Of a stretch of DNA of 32,000 nucleotides, positions 13,392-21,720 are shown in pieces (the first letter of the stretch is position 1; the number at the start of each line of letters is the position of its first letter). Under the pieces are notes generated by a model. It was not told the DNA's origin. It saw nothing but the letters and a program-made list of their open reading frames with translations, and did not search any database. The DNA lies in assembly GCA_934476085.1 (NCBI GenBank), contig CAKSNE010000002.1:28188-60187 (forward strand), given 5' to 3'. Source of the DNA: an uncultured Eubacteriales bacterium. Its GTDB lineage: Bacteria > Bacillota > Clostridia > Oscillospirales > Acutalibacteraceae. A program made the translations under genes and the position numbers.

Positions 13392-15059
13392 TTACTCAAC
13401 GGAAATAATGTAATAATATACAGGTTGACCGCCGGGAATTAATGTTACTTCTGCATCAGCAGGAAGCTTAGCTTCCAATGCCTCTTTAGCTTTCACTGCA
13501 TCTTCTTCTGCAACATCTTCACCATAAATAAGAGTTACAAACTGACTTTCTTTTTTAAACAAGTTTTTTGTAAGCTTAACAACTGCTTTTTCTGTATCCT
13601 GTTCAACAAAAGAAAGCTTTCCGTTTTCAAGCGCTAAAATTTCGCCTTGTTTAATTTTATGGCCTTCATAATCAGAATCTCTTGCAGCAAATGTTATCAT
13701 ACCTGTTCCAACCGAATCGGCAGCCGACTGCATATTATCAGCGTTTGTATCAACATCTGCGTCAGGATCAAACATAAGCATAGCTGAAATTCCCATAGGA
13801 ATAGATTTTGTTTGTAAAACAACTACTTTTCTTGTTGATAAACGAACAGTTTGCTCAGCTGCCATAATAATATTTTTATTATTAGGTAAAACAAAAACAG
13901 TTTTAGCAGGAGTAAGCTCAACCGCTCTTAAAATATCGTCGGTAGACGGATTCATTGTTTGACCGCCTGAAACGATATGGTCAGCGCCAAGGTCATTAAA
14001 CAAACTTTTTATACCATCGCCTGCTGCGATAGCAACAAAACCATAGTCTTTTTCAGGAGCAACAGGAGTATAAGCCCCTTCATCGTCAGACTGAACAGTA
14101 GACTCGATTTTTGCGTTCTTCTTAGCTTCTTCATGTTGTTCACGCATATTTTCGATTTTCATATTAATAAGCGAGCCGTTTTCAAGACCTTTTTGAAGAG
14201 CCTTACCCGGATTATCTGTATGAACATGAACTTTAATAATGCTCTCATCATCAACAACTACAACACAATCGCCTATTGTTTCAAGATAAGTTCTGAGTCT
14301 AAGTGCATCAGCGGATTTACCGCTTTCTTTTTTAACGATAAACTCAGTGCAATAGGTAAATGTAATTTCGCCTTCCCATTCAGCAGCAGCATTTGAAGCC
14401 TTTTTCTCAACAGGCTTTTGGTCGGCGGCGTTATCGTTTTCGATAACTTTTCCGTCTTTGAAAACCGAAAGCATACCTTCAAAAATCTTAACTAAACCGG
14501 CACCGCCTGCGTCAACAACACCGGCTTTTTTAAGTACAGGTAAAATTTCAGGAGTTTTTTCGAGTGCCGCTTTAGCCCCGTCAAAAGCAATTTCAAAAAC
14601 TTCAACAAAATCGGTTTTTCCGTCTTTAACTGCATTTTCAGCAGCTTCGCCGGCTTCTCTTACAACAGTTAAAATTGTACCTTCGGTCGGTTTCATAACT
14701 GCACCGTAAGCAGATTTTGTACCCTTTTTAAAAGCTTCAACCAATTGTTCGCCATCAGCACTGTCGCAATCTTTAAAGCCTTTTGAAAAACCTCTGAAAA
14801 TAAGAGATAAAATAACGCCTGAGTTACCTCTGGCACCTCTAAGAAGTGCTCCGGCAGTAATTTTTGATATTTCAGAAACAGAATCTGACTCTGCAACATT
14901 AAGCTCTTTAGCGGCATTGCCGATAGTAAGCGACATATTTGTACCTGTATCGCCGTCAGGTACCGGGAAAACGTTTAATTCATCAACCGCAACGCGATTA
15001 TTAGAAATATTATTAGCGCCGGAAATTACGGCTTTTCTAAAAATATCACCGGTTATCAA
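13392..15059 (-). CDS. yloV: DAK2 domain fusion protein (YloV family)
   Basis: 555 aa with a TTG start. The N-terminal DAK2 motif is PVPDGDTGTNM. Its position between an Asp23 gene and recG is the conserved Firmicute arrangement. Confidence 0.8.
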   Translation of the reverse strand: MITGDIFRKAVISGANNISNNRVAVDELNVFPVPDGDTGTNMSLTIGNAAKELNVAESDSVSEISKITAGALLRGARGNSGVILSLIFRGFSKGFKDCDSADGEQLVEAFKKGTKSAYGAVMKPTEGTILTVVREAGEAAENAVKDGKTDFVEVFEIAFDGAKAALEKTPEILPVLKKAGVVDAGGAGLVKIFEGMLSVFKDGKVIENDNAADQKPVEKKASNAAAEWEGEITFTYCTEFIVKKESGKSADALRLRTYLETIGDCVVVVDDESIIKVHVHTDNPGKALQKGLENGSLINMKIENMREQHEEAKKNAKIESTVQSDDEGAYTPVAPEKDYGFVAIAAGDGIKSLFNDLGADHIVSGGQTMNPSTDDILRAVELTPAKTVFVLPNNKNIIMAAEQTVRLSTRKVVVLQTKSIPMGISAMLMFDPDADVDTNADNMQSAADSVGTGMITFAARDSDYEGHKIKQGEILALENGKLSFVEQDTEKAVVKLTKNLFKKESQFVTLIYGEDVAEEDAVKAKEALEAKLPADAEVTLIPGGQPVYYYIISVE

Positions 15060-15091
15060 TTGTAATTCATCCTTTCAAATCCGACATAAAC

Positions 15092-15451
15092 CTAGTCGTT
15101 TATATTCATTCCGTCTATATGAACAGTAACTTTATTAACTTGGATACCTGTTGCTTCTTCAACCGAGTACTTTACCTTATGAACAATACTCTTTGAAATA
15201 GCATTAATATTTACACCGTACATAACGGTAATATATAAATCGACATTGATTTTATCAATATTTCCGGTTACAACAATACCGGTATCATGATAATCCTTTT
15301 TAGTAAGCAATCTTCTGATTCTCTGTGTACCTTTAGCAACCATTCCGGAAACACCGTAACAAGAAGCAACCGCATTTCCGATAAACTCTGCAAAAAACGA
15401 ATTTTCAATTGTGATTTCGCCGTATCTTGTTTCAAAACGAATCATATTCAT
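15092..15451 (-). CDS. Asp23/Gls24 family envelope stress protein
   Basis: 119 aa. GVSGM, and the ...VDLYI...YG.NI pattern, are typical of Asp23 (the YloU position). Confidence 0.8.
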   Translation of the reverse strand: MNMIRFETRYGEITIENSFFAEFIGNAVASCYGVSGMVAKGTQRIRRLLTKKDYHDTGIVVTGNIDKINVDLYITVMYGVNINAISKSIVHKVKYSVEEATGIQVNKVTVHIDGMNIND

Positions 15452-15466
15452 CTTCCTTTCTGGAAT

Positions 15467-17056
15467 TTATTTTTTAGAGATTTTTTCGATATTATAATAA
15501 GGGTCGCTTATTGAAGAAATAAGGTCGACCGAAAAATCTTTTGAATAACTAACCGTTCCGAGTCTAAAAACAAGCGGTATAAACGGAAGTTCTTCAGAAA
15601 ATGAAGCCAGCATATCAGAAACAGACTTGTCGCCCTTCATATAGCTTTCATAAGCCTTTAAAAAAGTATCGGTAGATTTTGTTGCTTTTTTGCCCTTGCC
15701 TGTTTTTTTACCGACAATTTTAGAATTAAGCAGGTCAAAATAATTAAAGCTTTTAGTAAGTCTTATCTCGGCTAAATAAATATCATAATCTTTATTTTTT
15801 ATTCTTGATTTATAACTGTTTTTATCGGCAGGATCTTCTTTAACATCAATACCGCCCGCCTTAAACTGTTTAACAAGATTTTGAGCCGCCATACTTTGCA
15901 TACTGTTGTCTTTATTATACAAAAGACCTATCGAAACATGGTTTTTATCACTGTTTTGATAATAGCCCTCGCTGTTTAACGAATAATATCCGCTTTTTGA
16001 TAAAAACTGAGCCGCATTAGGTGCATTATCTTCAAGCTCAAAAACAGCCTTCTGATTTTCAATAACCTTATTAGAATTATTAAAAAGGCTTGTAGCAGGG
16101 GTTGAAAGCGAATAATAACATTTATCGGAAATATTTGTTCTGTCGCAAGAAGCCGACAAAGCTTTTCTAATATTATTATCGCTTAAAACGCTACGACTTT
16201 GATTTATACCGAGATAAACTAAATTAGTAAGCGTAACGCTTCCGGTTTTGCCTTTTAATTCCGGCATTTCTTTTGCGTCAAAACCGCTGTAATAAGCATC
16301 AATAGAGTTTGAACGAATAGAATATTCGAGAGCGTCATAATCAGGAACATTAGAAAGTTTTATAGTATTTTTCGGTTTACCGCCATAATAATATTCATTG
16401 CCTTTTAATGAATACTCGCCAAAATTATCAACTAAAACATATCTTCCTGAGCCAATCGGCGGAACGGATTTACCGTCGGAATTTGTTTTATTAACACTAC
16501 CCCGTTTTACAATCGGAAAATCAAGCAAGCAAATTGCATTTTTATCATAGTTATTTAATGTTAAAACAACTTTACCGCCTGACGCTGAATAGCTTTTTAC
16601 ATTTGAAAGCTGATTAACATAGGCGCCTTCTTTAGCTTTTTTGCATTTTTCAATTGAATAGATAACATCATCGGTAGTAACAACATCGCCGTCAGAAAAA
16701 CGGTAACTGTTAAGCGTAATTGTAACAGTTTTTCCGCTGACTGTTACATCGTTTGCCAAAACCTTATGCGGATTTAAATCATTATCCAATTTTATTAGTG
16801 AATCAAAAAGCAAACCGCAAACGCTTCGGTTACCCGAGCTTTTTGCCTGATAAGGATCAAGGCTGTCGGAATAACAAAAATAAAGCGAGATATTTTTGCT
16901 TTTTTTAACCTTTTTAGTAACTGCTTTTGTTTCGCCGTTTTTATCGGTTACAAAAACAACTTCGGTTTTTTCGGTATCATCAGAGGTCTTATTACCGCAA
17001 GATACTGCGCTTAATAAAATCAATGCACAAAGCATAAAAACTAAAACTTTACGCAT
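15467..17056 (-). CDS. Family-5 (peptide/nickel type) ABC substrate-binding lipoprotein, orphan
   Basis: 529 aa. Signal peptide with LSAVSC lipobox. The length and the FSDGD..T.DDV / GSGRY patterns resemble SBP_bac_5. No permease or ATPase gene is adjacent. Confidence 0.65.
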   Translation of the reverse strand: MRKVLVFMLCALILLSAVSCGNKTSDDTEKTEVVFVTDKNGETKAVTKKVKKSKNISLYFCYSDSLDPYQAKSSGNRSVCGLLFDSLIKLDNDLNPHKVLANDVTVSGKTVTITLNSYRFSDGDVVTTDDVIYSIEKCKKAKEGAYVNQLSNVKSYSASGGKVVLTLNNYDKNAICLLDFPIVKRGSVNKTNSDGKSVPPIGSGRYVLVDNFGEYSLKGNEYYYGGKPKNTIKLSNVPDYDALEYSIRSNSIDAYYSGFDAKEMPELKGKTGSVTLTNLVYLGINQSRSVLSDNNIRKALSASCDRTNISDKCYYSLSTPATSLFNNSNKVIENQKAVFELEDNAPNAAQFLSKSGYYSLNSEGYYQNSDKNHVSIGLLYNKDNSMQSMAAQNLVKQFKAGGIDVKEDPADKNSYKSRIKNKDYDIYLAEIRLTKSFNYFDLLNSKIVGKKTGKGKKATKSTDTFLKAYESYMKGDKSVSDMLASFSEELPFIPLVFRLGTVSYSKDFSVDLISSISDPYYNIEKISKK

Positions 17057-17098
17057 TTACAAAACCTCCTAATTAACACCTTTTACTAGTGATATATT

Positions 17099-17127
17099 AT
17101 TATATCATAATTTTTTTAATTTATCAA
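17099..17127 (-). promoter_or_regulatory. Sigma-A type promoter (TTGATA-17-TATAAT with TG extension)
   Basis: The minus strand reads TTGATAAATTAAAAAAATTATGATATAAT. The -10 lies ~43 nt before ATG 17056, with AGGAGG as the RBS. Confidence 0.55.
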
Positions 17128-17134
17128 TAATTAT

Positions 17135-17578
17135 TTATTCATCAAGCTTTGATGTACAGCAAGGACAACGGGTTGCTTTTATGCTGATTTCGCTTTGACA
17201 AAACGGACAAATTTTTGTTGTAGGCGCTTCTTCGATTTCGCCTTTTTCTGATGTAATTTCTTTGATTTTTTCGTTAATATTATTAACAATTCTAATGATT
17301 AAAAATACAACAAAAGCAAGAATTACAAAATTAATAAGTGAAGTTATAAACGCACCGTATTTAATATTAGTTTCGCCAATAGTAATTGAAAGTGTTGAAA
17401 AATCAACCTTTCCGATGAAAATACCTATAATAGGGCTGAAAATATTATCAACAAGAGAAGAAACCAAATCCTTCATAGCAGCACCGATAATAACGCCGAC
17501 TGCCATGCTCATAGCATTGCCTTCAAACAAAAACTTTTTAAAAGCCGCAAAAAATCCTTCTTTTTCTTTTTTAGCCAT
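17135..17578 (-). CDS. mscL: Large-conductance mechanosensitive channel MscL with C-terminal CxxC...CxxC zinc ribbon
   Basis: GNAMSMAVGVIIGAA and the two-TM layout are MscL hallmarks. The C-terminal 24 aa read CPFCQSEISIKATRCPCC. Confidence 0.85.
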   Translation of the reverse strand: MAKKEKEGFFAAFKKFLFEGNAMSMAVGVIIGAAMKDLVSSLVDNIFSPIIGIFIGKVDFSTLSITIGETNIKYGAFITSLINFVILAFVVFLIIRIVNNINEKIKEITSEKGEIEEAPTTKICPFCQSEISIKATRCPCCTSKLDE

Positions 17579-17603
17579 TTTAAACTTCTTCCTTTTTATT
17601 ATT

Positions 17604-18812
17604 TTACTTTACACCTTTTGAACCTTTTGTTCCGAAAGATCTCGATTGTTCAAGAATATTTGTATCAAAAGAGAATTTTAAATTATCTCTTACTCTTGCA
17701 CGCTTAAAGCCAAGTTCAATAATTCTATCAAGCAATTTTGTATATTTAACACCCGCCGGCTCCCAAAGATAGAATGAAAGCGAGCCCGGAATTGTATTTA
17801 TCTCGTTTACATATACCTTATCGGCATCGGTATCATATAAAAAGTCAATTCTTATAACGCCGTTTGCACCAACTGCTTTAAAGGTTTCTTTTGAATATTT
17901 CTCAACTTCCGATTTGATTTTATCAGAAATATCAGCAGGGATTTTTCTTGAAAGCGAAGCCATACCCGAAGATTTTGAACCGTCTTTAGCACCTTTAGAG
18001 CCTTTTGAACCGCCTTTATATTTATCGTCATAAGATAAAATTTTACCGCTCATAACAGGCTCTTCAATAACTGAAGTTTCACATTCAAGTGCATCACCGA
18101 CAACAGAACAGTTAAGCTCTCTTAAAGCTGTTACCGCAGGCTCAACCAAAATTTTTGAAGCATAATTCATAGCGTCTTTAATTGATGAAAGCAATTCATC
18201 CTTATCATCGGCTTTTGAAATGCCGACCGATGAGCCGAGATTAGCAGGTTTTACAATAACAGGATAGCCGAATTTATCTTCAATCTCTTTTATGATTTCA
18301 TCTTTTTTTGCAACATATTCTTTAGCATAAAATAAAACGCAATCCAAAACCGGAACATTAGCTTTTTGCAAAACATATTTACAAACCGCTTTGTCCATAC
18401 CGACTGAAGCAGATAAAATATCACAGCTTACATAAGGAATTCCTAAAAGCTCAAACCAACCGACAATCGCACCGTCTTCACAATTTGTTCCGTGAACAAT
18501 AGGAAAAGCGATATCAACAGAACAAATAACCTTTTTAAACAAGCCTTTTTTAAGCTCAATAATGTTATACTTATCGCCTTGTTTTACCATTGTTACATTC
18601 ATAGATTTTTCAAGCAAAGCAGGAATATTGCGAAATTCATCAATATTAAGCATTTCTTTGCTATAATACATTTCGCCGTTTTTTGTAATATAAATAGGAG
18701 TAATATCATATTTTTCGGTATCCATTGAATTCATAGCCTGAACCGCAGAAATTACCGCAACCTCGTGTTCTACCGAACGTCCGCCGAAAAATACCGCAAC
18801 ATTAGTTTTCAT
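17604..18812 (-). CDS. ddl: D-alanine--D-alanine ligase (long form)
   Basis: The N-terminus is VAVFFGGRSVEHEVAV. It has an ATP-grasp core, and K-Y is retained in the omega-loop region (DDKYKGG). A G/S/K-rich insertion covers residues ~266-288. Confidence 0.9.
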   Translation of the reverse strand: MKTNVAVFFGGRSVEHEVAVISAVQAMNSMDTEKYDITPIYITKNGEMYYSKEMLNIDEFRNIPALLEKSMNVTMVKQGDKYNIIELKKGLFKKVICSVDIAFPIVHGTNCEDGAIVGWFELLGIPYVSCDILSASVGMDKAVCKYVLQKANVPVLDCVLFYAKEYVAKKDEIIKEIEDKFGYPVIVKPANLGSSVGISKADDKDELLSSIKDAMNYASKILVEPAVTALRELNCSVVGDALECETSVIEEPVMSGKILSYDDKYKGGSKGSKGAKDGSKSSGMASLSRKIPADISDKIKSEVEKYSKETFKAVGANGVIRIDFLYDTDADKVYVNEINTIPGSLSFYLWEPAGVKYTKLLDRIIELGFKRARVRDNLKFSFDTNILEQSRSFGTKGSKGVK

Positions 18813-18837
18813 AATATATCAAATCCTTTAAAAAGTT

Positions 18838-20415
18838 TTATTTTGCATAGTTATCAGGTAAATCATTTTCAAAAATAACAACTGTGTTTTTGTCACACAT
18901 CGGTCTGAAAATTTCAACTGCATCATTAAATGTTTTTGCAATATAAAGATTTTCTTCGTTAAATCCGCCTGCCAAAACACCTTTTTTAATAGGAACAGAG
19001 CGTTTTTCGCCGACCAAAATTATAACATCGGCATTTTTTGAAGCTTCAAGACCGAGTGCTTCATTGCACTCTTCTTCTTTTTCGCCGAGTTCAACAAGTC
19101 CCGGAGTAACAACAATCCTTTTCATAGGCGAAAACGAGCCGATAACTCGCATAGCTTCAAGACAACCTGATGGGTTTGCATTATAAGCGTCATCAATCAA
19201 AAGTGCACCGTTAAACAACGGTTTTAATTGTAATCTATGCTCGGTTGCCTGTAAACTTTCAACCGCATATTTAATATCATTGTCGCTTAAACCAAGGTCA
19301 ATAGCAATACCAACCGCTGACATAATATTAAGAACATTATGCGAACCTAAAAGCGAAGTAGTAAGATTTAATTTTCTTTCTTTATAAGAAACGGTAAATT
19401 TAAGTCCGTTTTTATCACATTTAACATCAGTAGCAACAATATCTGCACCGTCGCCACCGATTGAATAAGTAATGCTGTCATATTCGCCTTGTTTTTTAGC
19501 GATATACTCATTATCAACATTAAGATAAACCTTACCGCCGTTTTGTTTAACCTCATCGGCAAGTTCAAATTTTGTTTTAGTAACATTTTCGATTGAGCCG
19601 AATGTATTAAGATGCTGTGGGCCGACAGAAGTGATAATACCTGTTGTAGGATGGACTAAATCGCAAATTTCTTTAATATCGCCGACTTTTTTCGCACCCA
19701 TTTCAACAACAAAAATTTCGGTACTCGGTGTTAAATGATTGCGAACTGTAATAACAACGCCCATCGGTGTGTTAAAACTGCCCGGTGTTATAACTGTATT
19801 ATATTTTTCAGATAAAATTCTGCCTAAAATATATTTAGTAGAAGTTTTTCCGTAAGATCCGGTAAGACCGATAATCTTTAAATCAGGCATTGATTTTAAA
19901 ATCTTTTTAGCGTCATTTATGTAATACTGTTTAACTGCTTTTTCAATCGGCGAATTAATAAGATTAAGTAAACATACAAAAAACGGAGAAAACAGCAACA
20001 CTAAATTTGCAATAAAAATACAAGCTTTGGCAGAATATATGCCAAAACCGCAAAGCAGCACAATAATTGCGAAAATAACAATCGCAGTTAAATAAAAACG
20101 CTTAATTCTTGCGGTAAAAGCAATGCCTTTTTTGGCATTTTTAATTTTATAAACAGTATAAAAAATTCTTATTGCCGAGAAAATAACTGTTAAAACAAGC
20201 GTTAAAACAGCATAGTCAAAAATCGCAAGATTAATAATTATAGCCGCACCCAGTAATGACCAAACTGAAATCATATTAAATTCATCTTTAAAATAATCAA
20301 AAAAGCGAGAGTTGTAATATGAATTAAGCTGTAAAAAATGAAGTTGTCTTGTAATTGTAACTGCCGCACAGCCAAAAAGCAAAACGGCACTAATTATAAG
20401 TAAAACGTTATTCAT
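18838..20415 (-). CDS. murF: UDP-MurNAc-tripeptide--D-Ala-D-Ala ligase (MurF-like) with polytopic membrane N-terminal domain
   Basis: Residues 183-192 are GLTGSYGKTS (P-loop). EMGAKKVGDI, SVGPQHLNTFGS and DDAYNANPSG match MurF. Residues 1-~155 form about 4 hydrophobic helices in place of the usual soluble domain 1. The start overlaps the upstream stop (TAATG). Confidence 0.75.
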   Translation of the reverse strand: MNNVLLIISAVLLFGCAAVTITRQLHFLQLNSYYNSRFFDYFKDEFNMISVWSLLGAAIIINLAIFDYAVLTLVLTVIFSAIRIFYTVYKIKNAKKGIAFTARIKRFYLTAIVIFAIIVLLCGFGIYSAKACIFIANLVLLFSPFFVCLLNLINSPIEKAVKQYYINDAKKILKSMPDLKIIGLTGSYGKTSTKYILGRILSEKYNTVITPGSFNTPMGVVITVRNHLTPSTEIFVVEMGAKKVGDIKEICDLVHPTTGIITSVGPQHLNTFGSIENVTKTKFELADEVKQNGGKVYLNVDNEYIAKKQGEYDSITYSIGGDGADIVATDVKCDKNGLKFTVSYKERKLNLTTSLLGSHNVLNIMSAVGIAIDLGLSDNDIKYAVESLQATEHRLQLKPLFNGALLIDDAYNANPSGCLEAMRVIGSFSPMKRIVVTPGLVELGEKEEECNEALGLEASKNADVIILVGEKRSVPIKKGVLAGGFNEENLYIAKTFNDAVEIFRPMCDKNTVVIFENDLPDNYAK

Positions 20416-21179
20416 TATTTTCCTCCAAGAAAACTTTTTAAAATTGCGTCGGTTTGCACAGGATTTTCAATGAAATTCCAATGAGAACAACCCGGCATAA
20501 CCACAAGACCGCAATCTTTAATCTCTTTTTCCATAACCTTTGCCATCCAAAGCGGACTGGCTGTATCGTTTTCGCCCCAAATAAGAAGAGTTGAAGCATT
20601 AATTTTATGTAGCTTTTCAGTTACATCGGAATTAATAAGATTAACTAAAGTTTGACGCATAACAGGCGGAGCCGAATTATAATCAGCCGAGCCGAAATGC
20701 TTTCTTAAATTTTCAAGTGTTTCAGCGGTATAGTTTTTTATAATCGGCAATTCGAGTGTATGGCGTGCGGTTTTAAATGCAGTTTGACGCATTTTTTGTT
20801 TAAAAGTTTTTTTAGATTTTATACCTGCCGCACCAAAAAGCACAATCTTTTCAGGCGAAGCATAGCCATCGGCACACATATTAAGAATTGTTCTGCCACC
20901 GTTTGAATGACCTATCATAATAGGGTTTTCAAGCCCTAGTTTATCCATAAATTCTTTTACAAATTTGCAGTAATCGTCAGGAGTCATAGGGTTTTTAGGT
21001 AAGTCTGATTTTCCGCAACCAGGAAAATCAAGCGAAATACATCTAAAGCTTTGTGAAAGCGGTGCAATCATTCGTCTGAATGAATCAAGCGAGGCACCCC
21101 AGCCATGCAAAAACAAAATGTCTTCGCCCTGACCGCAAATTTCATAATTAATTTTTAATTCTCCGATTTCTACGGTCAT
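20415..21179 (-). CDS. Alpha/beta-fold hydrolase
   Basis: 254 aa. Oxyanion region LHGWGAS, nucleophile elbow GHSNGG and a C-terminal His in GCSHW. AGGAG RBS. Confidence 0.75.
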   Translation of the reverse strand: MTVEIGELKINYEICGQGEDILFLHGWGASLDSFRRMIAPLSQSFRCISLDFPGCGKSDLPKNPMTPDDYCKFVKEFMDKLGLENPIMIGHSNGGRTILNMCADGYASPEKIVLFGAAGIKSKKTFKQKMRQTAFKTARHTLELPIIKNYTAETLENLRKHFGSADYNSAPPVMRQTLVNLINSDVTEKLHKINASTLLIWGENDTASPLWMAKVMEKEIKDCGLVVMPGCSHWNFIENPVQTDAILKSFLGGK

Positions 21180-21203
21180 ATCAACACACTCCTAATAAAT
21201 TTG

Positions 21204-21716
21204 TTATAAAAAATATTTATCTAATTCCCATTTTATCGGGTTTTCATCAATGTATTTTCTTGTTTCTAAAAGCTCTTGCTCATTACGAATAATATGGTCA
21301 TAATATGAAGTTTGAAATACCTTTCTCCCGGTTACATTATCCATTTTATTAATCAACCTTGTAGTCAAAGATTTATATGAACAAATTACATTATTTAATG
21401 TAGGGCGGGGGCTTGCTCCCGCCGTCTCTTTTATTTCAATAATTATATGAATATGATTAGGCATAATAACATAATAATCTACTTTTATATTGTTATACCG
21501 TTTTTCCAAATCAAATAACTGTTGTTCTGCAATCTTACCATATCTAGTTAAATTAATTGTATATTCTCTTTTGGCGGGAGCAAGCCCCCGCCCTACGATT
21601 TTTGATAAAATTTTTACTCTTTTTTCAGTACATACAGTTACAAAATAATATCCGTTTTGACTGTAATCATACTCTCTTAATCTAGTATGCTTTCGATTTG
21701 AAAGTTTTTCTCTCAT
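21204..21716 (-). CDS. REP-associated tyrosine transposase-like protein (RAYT; IS200/IS605 TnpA-type Y1 HUH nuclease)
   Basis: 170 aa. The HUH motif is MPNHIHIII (H88-I-H90). Candidate catalytic Tyr lies in QTSYYDHIIRNEQEL, and the C-terminus has YIDENPIKW. The N-terminus REYDYSQNGYYFVTVCT is typical of this standalone transposase subfamily (COG1943-like, from memory). It is a single gene with no TnpB partner. Confidence 0.8.
   Translation of the reverse strand: MREKLSNRKHTRLREYDYSQNGYYFVTVCTEKRVKILSKIVGRGLAPAKREYTINLTRYGKIAEQQLFDLEKRYNNIKVDYYVIMPNHIHIIIEIKETAGASPRPTLNNVICSYKSLTTRLINKMDNVTGRKVFQTSYYDHIIRNEQELLETRKYIDENPIKWELDKYFL
21400..21424 (+). repeat. REP hairpin variant b, located inside the RAYT coding sequence
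   Basis: GTAGGGCGGGGGCTTGCTCCCGCCG is 25/25 identical to 31675..31699. On the coding strand it is read in frame as TAGASPRPT (residues 98-106). Confidence 0.9.
21573..21596 (-). repeat. REP hairpin variant b, inverted copy inside the RAYT coding sequence
   Basis: The reverse complement is GTAGGGCGGGGGCTTGCTCCCGCC, 24/24 with 21400..21423. It is read in frame as VGRGLAPA (residues 41-48). The upstream ATC matches the ATCGTAGGGCG context of the intergenic copies. Confidence 0.9.
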
Positions 21717-21720
21717 TCTA

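Noticed and set aside
13977-14396. Antisense or alternative-frame track ORFs inside well-supported genes (for example 13977..14396, 17262..17621, 6750..7073, 7399..7746, 21698..21985, 26553..26861)
   Set aside because: Each is fully embedded in a longer gene with clear family motifs. They have biased, low-complexity composition and no RBS, which is typical of shadow ORFs.
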